From Octopus vulgaris (lineage: Eukaryota): a stretch of 64,000 nt of DNA. Positions within the stretch are counted from its first letter, which is position 1. Each line of letters opens with the position of its first letter. A program made the translations under genes and the position numbers. This document shows positions 52,608-64,000 of the stretch, one piece after another. The stretch spans positions 14,074,001 through 14,138,000 of the forward strand of contig OX597821.1 of assembly GCA_951406725.2 (NCBI GenBank), written 5' to 3'. Below the pieces are notes generated by a model, which saw only the letters and a list, made by a program, of their open reading frames with translations, had not been told where the DNA came from and searched no databases.

Positions 52608-53881
52608 TTTTAAATATAACAAAGAATTTAGTAAAAGAACTTAGTTATTCATTAAGATAGTGTTGGGAACATAAATCGTGACTAAGGTTTGGTGGAAGAT
52701 TTTAATTCAATACTTATGAAAGTAAGACATTTGTACTACAGAGCCAGAGGTGGTTTGGGCTGGGTTGGTATCAAAAGAGTTGATACAACATTTGCTTTCA
52801 ATATATTACCATCACTTTCACAAAATTTCCTTCACACCTCTGTTTTGCTTGTTTTTATTTTTTCCTAGTTGTCTATATCCTTTGTACACCATCAGTTCTT
52901 AAACATTTCCATTATCTTTCATGAAACAGTGACCAACGCCAAGTACATCCAAAATGCTTGAATATCTCTTTTGATTTGCATATTCAACAAAAACATGGCA
53001 TTTTATTTCTTTAAACCTATTTCAAAGATCTCCAGCATTGTTAGTTCCCATATCGATGTTTATAATCCTAACCTGAAGGCATCGCTCTTTTGTAATTCTG
53101 CATATATAGCAAATAATGCTTTCATCTGTGCAACAGTGACAAAATTTTTGCTGCATTAGCACAGTTGCTACTGCTGCACAAGCATGCACAAGAGAATAGC
53201 ATATTCATTATATAGATACTTTGTCTATTGCTTCAGTAACATTATATATAGAATGGCAGGAAGTAAAAATGTATTTTTAATGAAATACGAACCAATATTA
53301 AAGGTGGCAGATGCCTACTGATTAGTAGTAGTGATGAACAGTGTGTCATCTACCAATATTTCCAGCTAGAAAAAATAATGATTATAATAATCAGGTTAGG
53401 TGTGGAGACATGTGCCATTGCAGTGAACTGTTGTATCCACTATTTGTCAGTATTTGCTCAGGTCATCTCAGGCAACCCTCTGCTCTGAGTAGTGTCCCAG
53501 TCAGGCCCTACTTCTGTGAGATACCTCTTCATATGTCACAGCCATAATAATAATTCTTTCTAATTTTGGCATAAGGTGAGGATTTGAAAGGTGGGTTGAC
53601 TTTATGATCTGAGTTCAAATTCTGCCGAAGTCAACTTTGCCTAGCATCCTTTCAGGGTTGGTAAAATAAGTACCAGTTGAATACTTGGGCCAATGACTTA
53701 TTCCCTATCCCAAATTGGCTGGCCTTGTACCAAAATTTGAAACCATTAGTGCTGGCAGAATCGTTAGCATGCTGGACGAAACCTGTCACTTAATTCTGAG
53801 TTCAAATTCCACAAAGGTCAACTTTAGAAAATTACTATTTTAAAATCTCACAACGGGAGATATTCAGCAACAATACTTTGG

Positions 53882-54152
53882 AGTAAACATTTTTGCCAAC
53901 ATAACATGGCAGTCCTGGTTTAGGACGAATGTTGTTGTAATTTAGCCCCAAGAGATTTTGTCTCCAGCTGGCTATACAACATGATCTGTATCCTTATATT
54001 TTCGAACAAGAGTGCTAGACTCTCTTGTTTGAAAATATAAGGACACAGATCATGTCGTATAGCCAGCTGGAGATGATGTCTCCTGGGGCTAAATTACAGC
54101 AACATTCGTCCTAAACCAGGACTGCCTTATTATGTTGGCAAAAATCTTTACT
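53882..54152. repeat. ~270-bp palindrome inserted in a family B SINE
   Basis: Arms of ~130 bp around a short loop near 54013-54019. Confidence 0.85.
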
Positions 54153-54597
54153 TCAAGGTCAGCTTTGCCTTTCATCCTTATGAGGTCAATAAAATAAGTA
54201 GCAGTTGAAGAGTGGGATCGATGTAATTGACTCATCCCCTCCCTCAAAACTGCTGCCCTTGTGGCAAAATTTGAAATCATTATAATTATTAAATCATTAT
54301 ATATTATTGTAAGGCGGTGCTCCAGCATGGCCACAGTCAAATGACTAAAGCAAGTAAAAGAGAGTAAAAGAGTTAGCTGGTGAGCTCGCAGAATAATTAG
54401 CATGCCAAAGAAAATGCCTAGTGGCATTTCATCCATTTTTTATGTTCTGAGTTCAAATTATGCCAAAATCAACTGTGCCTTTCACCCTTTCTAGCTTAAC
54501 AAAAAAAAATCCAGCCAAACGCTGGGGTTGATGAAACTGAATTACTCCCTTCCCCAAAACTGCAGGTGTAGTGTCAAAATTTTAAACCATTGTTATT

Positions 54598-55952
54598 ACT
54601 CTTTTACTCTTTTACTTGTTTCAGTCATTTGACTGCAGCCATGCTGGAGCACCGCCTTTAGTCAAGCAAATCGACCCCGGGACTTATTCTTTGTAAGCCT
54701 AGTACTTATTCTATCAGTCTCTTTTGCCGAACCGCTAAGTTATGGAGGACATATACACACCAGCATCAGTTGTCAAGCAATGCTAGGGGACAAACACAGA
54801 CACACACACATACATATAAATATATACATATATACGACGGGCTTCTTTCAGCTTCCGTCTACCAAATCCACTCACAAGGCTTTGGTCAGCCCAAGGCTAT
54901 AGTAGAAGACACTTGCCCAAGATGCCATGCAGTGGAACTGAACCCGGAACTATGTGGTTGGTAAGCAGGCTACTTACCACACAGCCACTCCTGCGCCTAT
55001 TATTATCATCACTTTACTTCTCAAAGCTCTCAATTTTAATTGCACCAGTTAATTCTGTGAGAGTGGACAGCAACCTGTTGTCAGAGGTTTCACAAGGTCG
55101 TCCATGATACTTAACATCCAGATACCAATCTCAAAATCCCCTGCTTTCTACAATAGATTAGTTTTTTATGCATGTGCTGCCTTCATATCAATTCCAGTTT
55201 CTCTGGCATTTTTCTCAAACTTGGTTGCTAGTGCTCCCACTGACCCTACAACTAAAAGGATGATAGTTACTTATTATTATTATTATTATTATTATCATTA
55301 TTATTATTATTATTATCATTATTATTATTATTATTATTAAGAATGGTGGATTGGCTAGATCATCAGAAAAAATACTTTGTGGTGTATTACTTTCAGCTCC
55401 ACTATCTAGGTTTGAATTCAGCCATCTCTTAACCTTGATGGGATTTGATCTCAGAATGTAAAGGATTGTAATTGAAAACTGCAAGGCATTTTGTTTGATA
55501 CAGTAATGGTTACCATATTCTTTTTTATTAATAGTGAATGTGTAGGAGTGGCTGTGTGGTAAGTAGCTTGCTAACCAACCACATGGTTCCGGGTTCAGTC
55601 ACACTGCATGGTATCTTGGGCAAGTGTCTTCTGCTATAGCCCCGGGCCGACCAATGCCTTGTGAGTGGATTTGGTAGACGGAAACTGAAAAAGAAGCCTG
55701 TCATATATATGTATATATATATATGTATGTGTGTTTTTGTGTGTCTGTGGTTGTCCCCCTAGCATTGCTTGACAACCGATGCTGGTGTGTTTACGTCCCC
55801 GTCACTTAGCGGTTCGGCAAAAGAGGCCGATAGAATAAGTACTGGGCTTACAAAGAATAAGTCCCGGGGTCGATTTGCTCGACTAAAGGCGGTGCTCCAG
55901 CATGGCCACAGTCAAATGACTGAAACAAGTAAAAGAGTAAAAGAGTAAAAGA
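54598..55952. mobile_element. Divergent pair of SINE family A copies (54598-54999 minus, 55543-55952 plus)
   Basis: Full-length matches. Confidence 0.85.
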
Positions 55953-57600
55953 GCATGCTAGATGGAAATGTGTTAAGACTTTTAGGCTGAAAAGGACTTT
56001 ATTTGCATATGCCAAGAATTTAAAGGAATTTAGCTAAGTTAAGTTCTAATCAATAATGTAGGGGTTTAAAAAGATTAAATAGATTTTCAGGCTGCAGATC
56101 TAATCTGTTGACTTTAGATTAATTATATATTGGAATAGTAAAGGAGAGGAGATCATCTGTGGACCTAATATTTGAGAATTCTTGCAGGTTAATTCTGATG
56201 ACAGCCAATCACCATATACTTGAAGCAAATGTTTAACCATGTGGATTCTTAAAAAGTATAAATATATAGATACACTAGAATAGATGCATCACAGAATTCT
56301 AGTAGTCTAGTTCCCTCATTATTTCTGGTGCCAATACCATGGCCACCGTGTACCCCAGTGAAAATACCCGATTCTCACCCATTGAATTGGCATAAAATTA
56401 TTGAAATACAGAGTTGGCTACAAACAGATGTGTTTGCTATCTATATTAGATCAAAATATTATATTTAATTAATATTGTATAATATCACTCATACTATCTT
56501 TCTCACACACAGTGTCTCTAAAACTTAAGAGCAATAAATTAAAATTATAGTGTAATAAGTAATACATTTATGTATATATATATATACACATATACACACA
56601 TACACATATATATACTCACACAGACATGTGTATATGTGTGTGTGTATATGTGTATACATATACATACATACACACACACAAACACATATATATCATCATC
56701 ATCATTTAACATCAGTTTTCCACACTGGTATGGGTTGTATATATATATATATACACAACTAGCTAAAAGTATGGACAATGAGTATAAAAGTATGGCAAGA
56801 TGAAATGGATAAAAGAAAGGGCAAGTAGGGACATCAAGGGAGAGGGAGAGATAGCGTGTGATATACATAGAGAGAGAGATGGAAAGAGAGGGGGATATTT
56901 GTTAATAGTTATGTATCATTTTTCGTGCTATCACTAAATATTTAAATATTTTGAACCTTTAACATGTCCTAAAGAGAACCAGTAATGATGGAACTAAGTT
57001 TTACCATTAAGAAATTCTTATTGGAACATTTTATTTTGTTTAATTGTTCCTTCTCTTACTATAGGATATCACTTATGAGGAATTCCTATTCAGGGGTATC
57101 CACATCACTTGGGGATTAGGGAGATGACATTTCAGGGAGTTGAGGCAAAGAGGGAAAGTATATATTTAATTAAAATTGCTTTTCTGAATTAAATTATTAA
57201 TGGAATATATTGAATAAATGAAGAATCTTATAATTCAACATAAATACATTTACTCTTAAGAGATTGTGACCGATAACTGTGGCCTTATTCCACTTTGTAA
57301 TATCATATTTCTGTTAATCTGAATTCAGTTCTCTTTTGACACTCAAAACAAAATTCAGGAATCACCTAATCCACAATCAAAATTAGCAACATAATTCTAA
57401 ATTTTGATAAAGTCATGAATGAGAAGCAGAAAAAAATGAAGCTACCGAATTTTATGTTCATAATTGGAGTTGATTTCACTATTTACAACAAGCATGGGCA
57501 ACCTTCTCTGAGAAGTGGGCTGCATGAGACATGACTCATTATCAAGCATTCTGCACTACTAAAACTATTCAAGGTATTTTTTTTTAGGTATTTTTTTTTA

Positions 57601-57703
57601 GTACTAGCTACGGCAGTACATATTCTAAAATTGGAATGATACAGAGAAGATTAGCATGGCCCCTGTGCAAGGATGACACGCAAATTCGTGAAGTGTTCCA
57701 TAT
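57601..57703 (+). pseudogene. U6: Full-length U6 snRNA retro-pseudogene
   Basis: gtactagctacggcagtacatattctaaaattggaatgatACAGAGAagattagcatggcccctgtgcaaggatgacacgcaaattcgtgaagtgttccatat; CpG-type transitions; the oligo-T terminator is replaced by an A tract. Confidence 0.93.
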
Positions 57704-57713
57704 ATAAAAAAAA

Positions 57714-57950
57714 GGCGGCGAGCTGGCAGAAACATTAACATGCCGGGCGAAATGCGTAGCCGTATTTCATCTGCTGTTACGTTCTGAGTTCAAATTCCGC
57801 CGAGGTCGACTTTGCCTTTCATCCTTCCGGGTTCGATTAAATAAGTACCAGTTACACACTGGGGTCGATATAATCGACTTAATCCATTTGTCTGTCATTG
57901 TTTGTCCTCTCTGTGTTTAGCCCCTTGTGGGTAGTAAAGAAATAGGTATT
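57714..57950 (+). mobile_element. SINE family B fused directly 3' of U6
   Basis: Complete head ggcggcgagctggcagaaac through tail gtaaagaaataggtat. Confidence 0.88.
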
Positions 57951-58272
57951 TTTTTTTTAGGTGTGCCATTCAAAAAGTCCACAGTTTACCCATGACTGAC
58001 TTAGTTCTTTTTACTAATTGCTTAATTTACATTTTATGCACTGAGTGGAAAGATTAATTTCATGTTGAGTATGTTCATCCACAGACTGCATGTATTAATA
58101 TTTTAAGAAAGTAAATTAGTTATTACTGGAATGAATCATGTTTTTTTCCTATCTCATAAATGATACTACTTTTGTGTTGGGTGTGAAAATTTCCTTGAGT
58201 GCAGGGCATAGCAAAAGTTGAGAACCACTCACACAAATGTCTGGTATTTTCCAAAGTAAATATCATGAGTAG

Positions 58273-58520
58273 AGGCACGTGGCTTAGTGGATAGGGTGTC
58301 AGCACCATGATCGTAAGATTGTGGTTTGGATTCCTGGACTGGGCGATGCGTTGTGTTCTTGAGCAAAACACTTCATTTCACATTGCTCCAGTCCACTCAG
58401 CTGCCAAAAATGAGTAACGCTGTGATGGACCGGTGTCCTGTCCAGCTGGGGAACACATACACCATAGAAACTGAGAAACCAGGTTCATGAGCCTGGCTAG
58501 GCTTTAAAAGGGTGCATTTA
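58273..58520 (+). mobile_element. tRNA-derived SINE related to family C
   Basis: ggcacgtggcttagtggatagggtg..gtggtttggattcctggac head. Confidence 0.7.
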
Positions 58521-59459
58521 TTATTTATTATTAAATATCATGAATGAAACAAAAATATTGTTGGATGGGTATATTAATTTAAATTATTGTATAATAAAAA
58601 ATAAAGCAACATAAATTGATTACAATCATTCATTTACAAGGTATCAAAATATGAAAGAGAAATAATTAAATTGCAAAAAGGCATACTCACAGTGATACTA
58701 AATCAGCAGAAAAATTTGGTTTGCAAAAGCTGAAGTCTCAGTCTTCCTTTGAGGTCTTTATCAAAAATAAATCCCTGACATGTTTACACAAAGAGTGATA
58801 ATTTATGAGATATTTTTGATTATAAAAGTATATTCTGGAAATTTTTCATCAAATATTCTAATCATAAAAATCTAACTTATTAATTTGGAGAATCGAAACT
58901 GAAGGAGATGCAAATCCCTTCTTTTGAATCCAGTTGAAACAAAATGTGAAATGATGAATGAGGAATGAAACTGGTCGTCAGATTTCTCTTGCAAACAGAT
59001 ATCAGCAGGAAAAAAGTTACAAATTCTAACTGAAAATAAGAATTGAAATAAATTCTTTCTTAAACTTTATTCAATACCTTACTGCTGCTAAATCAGTTCA
59101 AAGAATATTTCCAGTAAAATTGCAATTAGAAAAAACAAAACAAAAAAGCAATTTTAAACTGTCGATCTATCAAGTAATCTCTTCTGCTTGTCCTTCCTTG
59201 TTTCAAGCTGTCTTCCTGTGAATGACCTCTCTTCCTTGGTTGATCAGCTTTTACATGCAAGAGCAGTTCTTCTATACAATTCCTTGCTGAAACTTAATAC
59301 ATATGATAAGGTGCTGAAAAGTTTCTGGCTTGTTTCCATAGTTGAAATTCAAACATCATCAGTGATATAATTGTCACATAATTAACATATAATTAAGAAA
59401 TACATAATTGGTTAGTTTGAGTGAAATGAATAAATTGTTTCATCAGAAACTAAAATTGA

Positions 59460-59673
59460 TATATGGAAATCAAAACGCAGCTGGTTTTCTAATCTCCTGC
59501 ATCTCTTATGGATGGTTTCCTTGTTTAAGTTGGTGAATGCTGCCATAATCCTTGCCTTCACTTCATCTTTGGCGTTACAAGGAGTTTTGTTGGTCTCTCA
59601 CTCAATTGCACCCCACACATAATAATCAAGGGGGTTGTAATCTGAGGAGGTAGATGACCAGATGTTAGAGGTG

Positions 59674-59680
<7 letters not shown>
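59460..59680 (-). pseudogene. Tc1/mariner superfamily (maT/DD37D-like) transposase C-terminal fragment
   Basis: NIWSSTSSDYNPLDYYVWGAIE resembles WPPSSPDLNPLDY.VWG. Confidence 0.7.
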
Positions 59681-59733
<53 letters not shown>

Positions 59734-59749
59734 ACATATATATATGGAA

Positions 59750-60092
59750 TTGTAGCTGTGATACCCATGCCGGTGGCACATAGAAAGCACCATTCGAACT
59801 TGGCCAATGCCAGCGCCACTTGACTGGCTTCCATGCTGGTGGCACGTAAAAAGCACCAACTGATCATGGCCATTGCCAGCCTCCTCTGGCCCCTGTGCCA
59901 GTGGCACATAAAAAGCACCCACTACATTCACGGAGTGGTTGGCGTTAGGAAGGGCATCCAGCTGTAGAAACACAGCCAGATCAGACTGGAGCCTGAAGAA
60001 GCCGCCCGGATTCCCAGACCTTGGTCGAACCATCCAACCCATGCTAGCATGGAAAACGGACATTAAATGATGATGATGATGATGATGATGAT
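59750..60092 (+). mobile_element. RTE 3' UTR
   Basis: ggtggcacgtaaaaagcacc repeats, (gat)n tail. Confidence 0.8.
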
Positions 60093-60107
60093 ACATATAT
60101 ATATTAC

Positions 60108-60345
60108 TCCATGCTGCCCATTAGGTCTTTTCTCTTGAACAGCCATGTTGAGTCGTTCAATCTGTTGAACATAGAGTTCCACGTTGACCATTTGGTACTG
60201 TTCAAGCAATTTGTAATGGATAATCGCTTCCCACTCCCACCATATGCACAACATCGTTATACGCGGATGAATATCTTGTTTCACGCATGGTGTCACTTGT
60301 TTACGCTGCTTCATATTGATGTACAGGCACCATTTTCATCGCCAG
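60108..60345 (-). pseudogene. Mariner transposase internal fragment
   Basis: KQDIHPRITMLCIWWEWEAIIHYKLL..VNVELYVQQIERLNMAVQEKRP resembles mariner HPKKVMLCVWW..GIIHYELL..Y.QQL.RL. Confidence 0.8.
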
Positions 60346-60923
60346 TAATATATATATATATATATTGTCAGTGGATCATATATCTGAAAAAGAAGCACAC
60401 TTCAACAGTTCGAGCTGTTATGTATTCACATGGAGTTGAATATATGTCTGGTCATACAGTGACCAATGGTTTCGAATCCACAAAGTGCTTAGCTTTATAG
60501 GTGACTCATCAGACTCCAGTGGCTGTGGGTATACAACCTCTCTATGTATATGCATGCACACACACACACATTTATATATACTTATATATGTGTATGTGTG
60601 CATGTGTGTATGTATGCATTTATACATGTATGTACAGCAATATTAATCTTAATTTGCTTTCAGTAAAGGGCTGACATGTCAGTGATTATGGATAATGACT
60701 TCATGCCTAATCTGGTTAGTTATGTCTTCAATACTAATCCTATTGATCTTGAGCTCATTGTTATTTTTGTTACGATTGCCGAACTATAATTTTCTGATGC
60801 ATTCAGGCATATGTTTACAACATTCTCTTTATAACCATGTACAAAGTGAAGTAATGTAGCTTTTTTCTGATATCAGAATATTTTGAACACCTTGTATTTC
60901 TGTGATATAACTTAATAGCTTTA

Positions 60924-60965
<42 letters not shown>

Positions 60966-61144
60966 ATGCATGTGTATTTGAGTGAGTGTATGCATTAGGA
61001 GGGATGAGAGAAGAAGGGAAAAAAAGAGAGGGAGAGAGAAGAATAAAAACAAACACATACTTATTTCTACTGTTTTATTAACGCAAAGAATGTGAGTGGA
61101 ATACTGTTGGAAACTGTATAAAAACACAAGACGATCATTCCCTT

Positions 61145-61189
<45 letters not shown>

Positions 61190-61302
61190 AGTAGTAGTAG
61201 CAGCTATAGATGGTGTTCTGTTGAAGTTTTTTTTTAATTCAAAGTTAAAAAACAGAAACTAGCGTAAGATATGGTTCATTGAGAGAGAGAGAGAGAGAAA
61301 GG

Positions 61303-61360
<58 letters not shown>

Positions 61361-62458
61361 AAGAGAAGGAGAGTCTTTGAGAAGGTGTGAAAAATAGCTA
61401 GAAGTATTAGGAAATACATGATAACATGGAATATTTGGGTTATATTACACACACAAATTCATTGCTCATCCTGAAAATAATGAAGGCTTAATTGAGAGCA
61501 ACATAGAGTATTAAAAAAAACATAAAATCCATTGTGATAATATTGATAATATAAACAAAGAAAATGCATTATTATTATTATTTATGTGAATATAAATGAT
61601 TATGATAATTATATGGAATGCTTAATAAATAACATTTTTGAAAAATCAGTTAAACCCCACCCTTTCCACCTGTGTATTATTTGTGAAATAAAAAGAATAA
61701 ATAAAGCCAATAAAAGTTACTGAAAAGTGTTTAGTTGTTTATTTTGGTAAGTAATAAACAGAATACCTTTTGGTATTTATGCATTTTTGCTTGCATTATT
61801 TTCTTAAAGATATTTAAGTTTATTAAGTTACAAAGTTTTCCTCTTTGAATTTAAGACTTGCAAATGTTTGATAATGAATTGTTACTAGTATAATGTAAGT
61901 AGTTAACTCTTATATAAATCCTGACCTAAAACATAATTAAGTAGGTTCTTTTGTAGTATTCTATGCATAAATTTATATTATTTCCTACCTAAACTTAGAA
62001 TATGATTTCAGCTTCTGAGGAACCAACGAAACACATACTTAACTGCATATATTTTCTAGAGAAACCACATCCTCTGTCTGTCTGTCAATAGATGATTGTT
62101 AGTATATATATACATATACATGCTTACATATATATATATATATATATTGTTAGAAGGTTGTTTGTTATGGCTGGTCAGAGAGTGACTATTGGTTTCATAC
62201 TTATAAATCACTTAGCTGTAGGTGCCTCATCAGACTCATATAATCTGAGGCACATAACCTCTCTACAACTGGAGCCTTCTAAGTATACTATTGCTTTAAT
62301 GTTTTAGAGTTTGGTTTGTTTTCGGATCTATGAACTGCTGACCAATATATATATATAAATACGCATATACACACAAACACACATATATGTATGATTATCA
62401 GTGTCTATCTATCTATATGCATATATACATACACCATTACTACACTCTCTCTTTCTCT

Positions 62459-62510
<52 letters not shown>

Positions 62511-62515
<5 letters not shown>

Positions 62516-62633
62516 CCGATAGAATAAGTACTGGGCTTACAAAGAATAAGTCCCGGGGTCGATTTGCTTGACTAAAAGTGGTGCTCCAGCATGGCCGCAG
62601 TCAAATGACTGAAACAAGTAAAAGAGTAAAAGA
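62511..62633 (+). mobile_element. SINE family A 3' fragment
   Basis: agagaccgatagaataagtactggg...gaaacaagtaaaagag. Confidence 0.8.
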
Positions 62634-64000
62634 ATATATATATGGGATATTTTAAAATCTTCCATTCAGGAGGAAAGGCAGTGCTTATCACCCTTTATGG
62701 GGCTTCTGCAACTGGTGGAAAGGAGAAAAAGAAGTCATTCTCAAATAAGAAACCCAGCCCAAATGCTTGCAGAAAGTGAACACCACTAAATGCAAAAAGG
62801 TGCCAGCTGATGGTCAACAGATTAACACTATATCTCACTATTGAAGCATATGTTATATTAGCACATACCTACTTCTATGTGTGCACCTTCATGTTTTAAA
62901 TAATTTTTTTGCAAAGCTAAAATATATTAGCAAAACAGCTGCATAGAAATCATGAAAGGATGAATTCATAATTTAGAATAGAGAAAAATTCTGTGGTTGG
63001 AATCCTGCACCAAACATTATATAATAATGTAATTGGAGACAAAAATTTGAATCTAAGACTTTCGTATTGAGATAAAATTAGAAAAAAATTATATTCCTTA
63101 AGTCTTTTGCCTAGTAGCCTTATTATTAATAAACACAACAACAAAAAAATGAGAAAACTAGGTTAGGTTTTAGGAAATTAGAAAACATTAGTAAATTATA
63201 ATACTAGTTACATATTACAAATTTAGATTTTAGGTTAGGTTAACTATCTAATAATTGATAATAACTGAAATATCGTACCAGCTACAGCTATTAGTATTTA
63301 TAACAAAGAAAGCAGTAAACATTGTCAGGTGTGATGTTTCCATCCATTTTAATTGAAAATGAAAGAAAGAAAAAAATGTTTAACAAAGCCAAGAGAGAAA
63401 ACAAGAGAATTAGCCAAGGGAAGTTACTCTCTCATATTTATATTGCTTTTCTTTTACTTCACAGAGTTTCAGATATCAAGAGAAGATAACTGGACTCAAA
63501 TACGCATTATATATTGATGTTTAAAACAAATTTTGTTTTTTTTTGTTATGGAAGAATGTGAGAGTAGTTCTAGCAGTTATTTCATATATTCGTTACGTAG
63601 GAACATTTTATACAGCTTCACTTCATTGTTAATGACAGCTGTTTAGTGACATAAGAGAGAGAAAGAGAGAGAGAGATTTTATATTAGCCTATTTCTCCAT
63701 GTTTGCTTAAATCTAGCTTATAAACTTATATCTTTGCAATACGCAAAAATGTGTGTATATGCACTAGTTGATTATATATTCCAATTATTAAAATTATAAA
63801 AACAAAACATTAAAATAGGTCTAATTAGTTTTGTTGATTTAACATCTTACTCTTACCCCTACTCACACATGCACACACATATTTTCACACTCACACACAA
63901 TAGATAATGTACGAGACTATATATATATATGTACAGTATTTCCTATAACTTATTTGTCATTGATTTTTTACTACTTGAGTATTCAACCTGTCAATTACTA

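Noticed and set aside
57601-57703. Functional U6 gene
   Set aside because: No oligo-T terminator, multiple substitutions, fused to a SINE, and flanked by an apparent TSD.
63158-63242. TTAGG telomere-like motifs
   Set aside because: Only 2-3 imperfect units; no array.

Overview
AT-rich, microsatellite-dense eukaryotic non-coding DNA. The repeat families (tRNA-derived SINEs with internal TA/TG tracts, RTE LINEs with (GAT)n tails) look like an octopus or other coleoid cephalopod genome; this is an inference. I found no intact host protein-coding gene, and most listed ORFs are microsatellite or SINE artefacts. The window is a mosaic of decayed mobile elements: RTE and CR1-like LINEs, R4/Dong-type RLE LINEs, Penelope-like elements (a GIY-YIG fragment and a ~2.8 kb Naiad-type copy with inverted flanks), Helitrons, mariner/maT/piggyBac relics and several SINE families. 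Most notable: (1) several type I hammerhead ribozyme motifs in fold-back, (TA)n-embedded Penelope-like ends, including a canonical one with a 58-nt extended stem II (2778-2866) and a sequence-unrelated one with the same architecture (325-409, minus); (2) a full-length U6 snRNA retrocopy fused to a SINE inside one apparent target-site duplication (57585-57960); (3) four local templated copy/fold-back events (about 30-235 bp, donors within about 3 kb).
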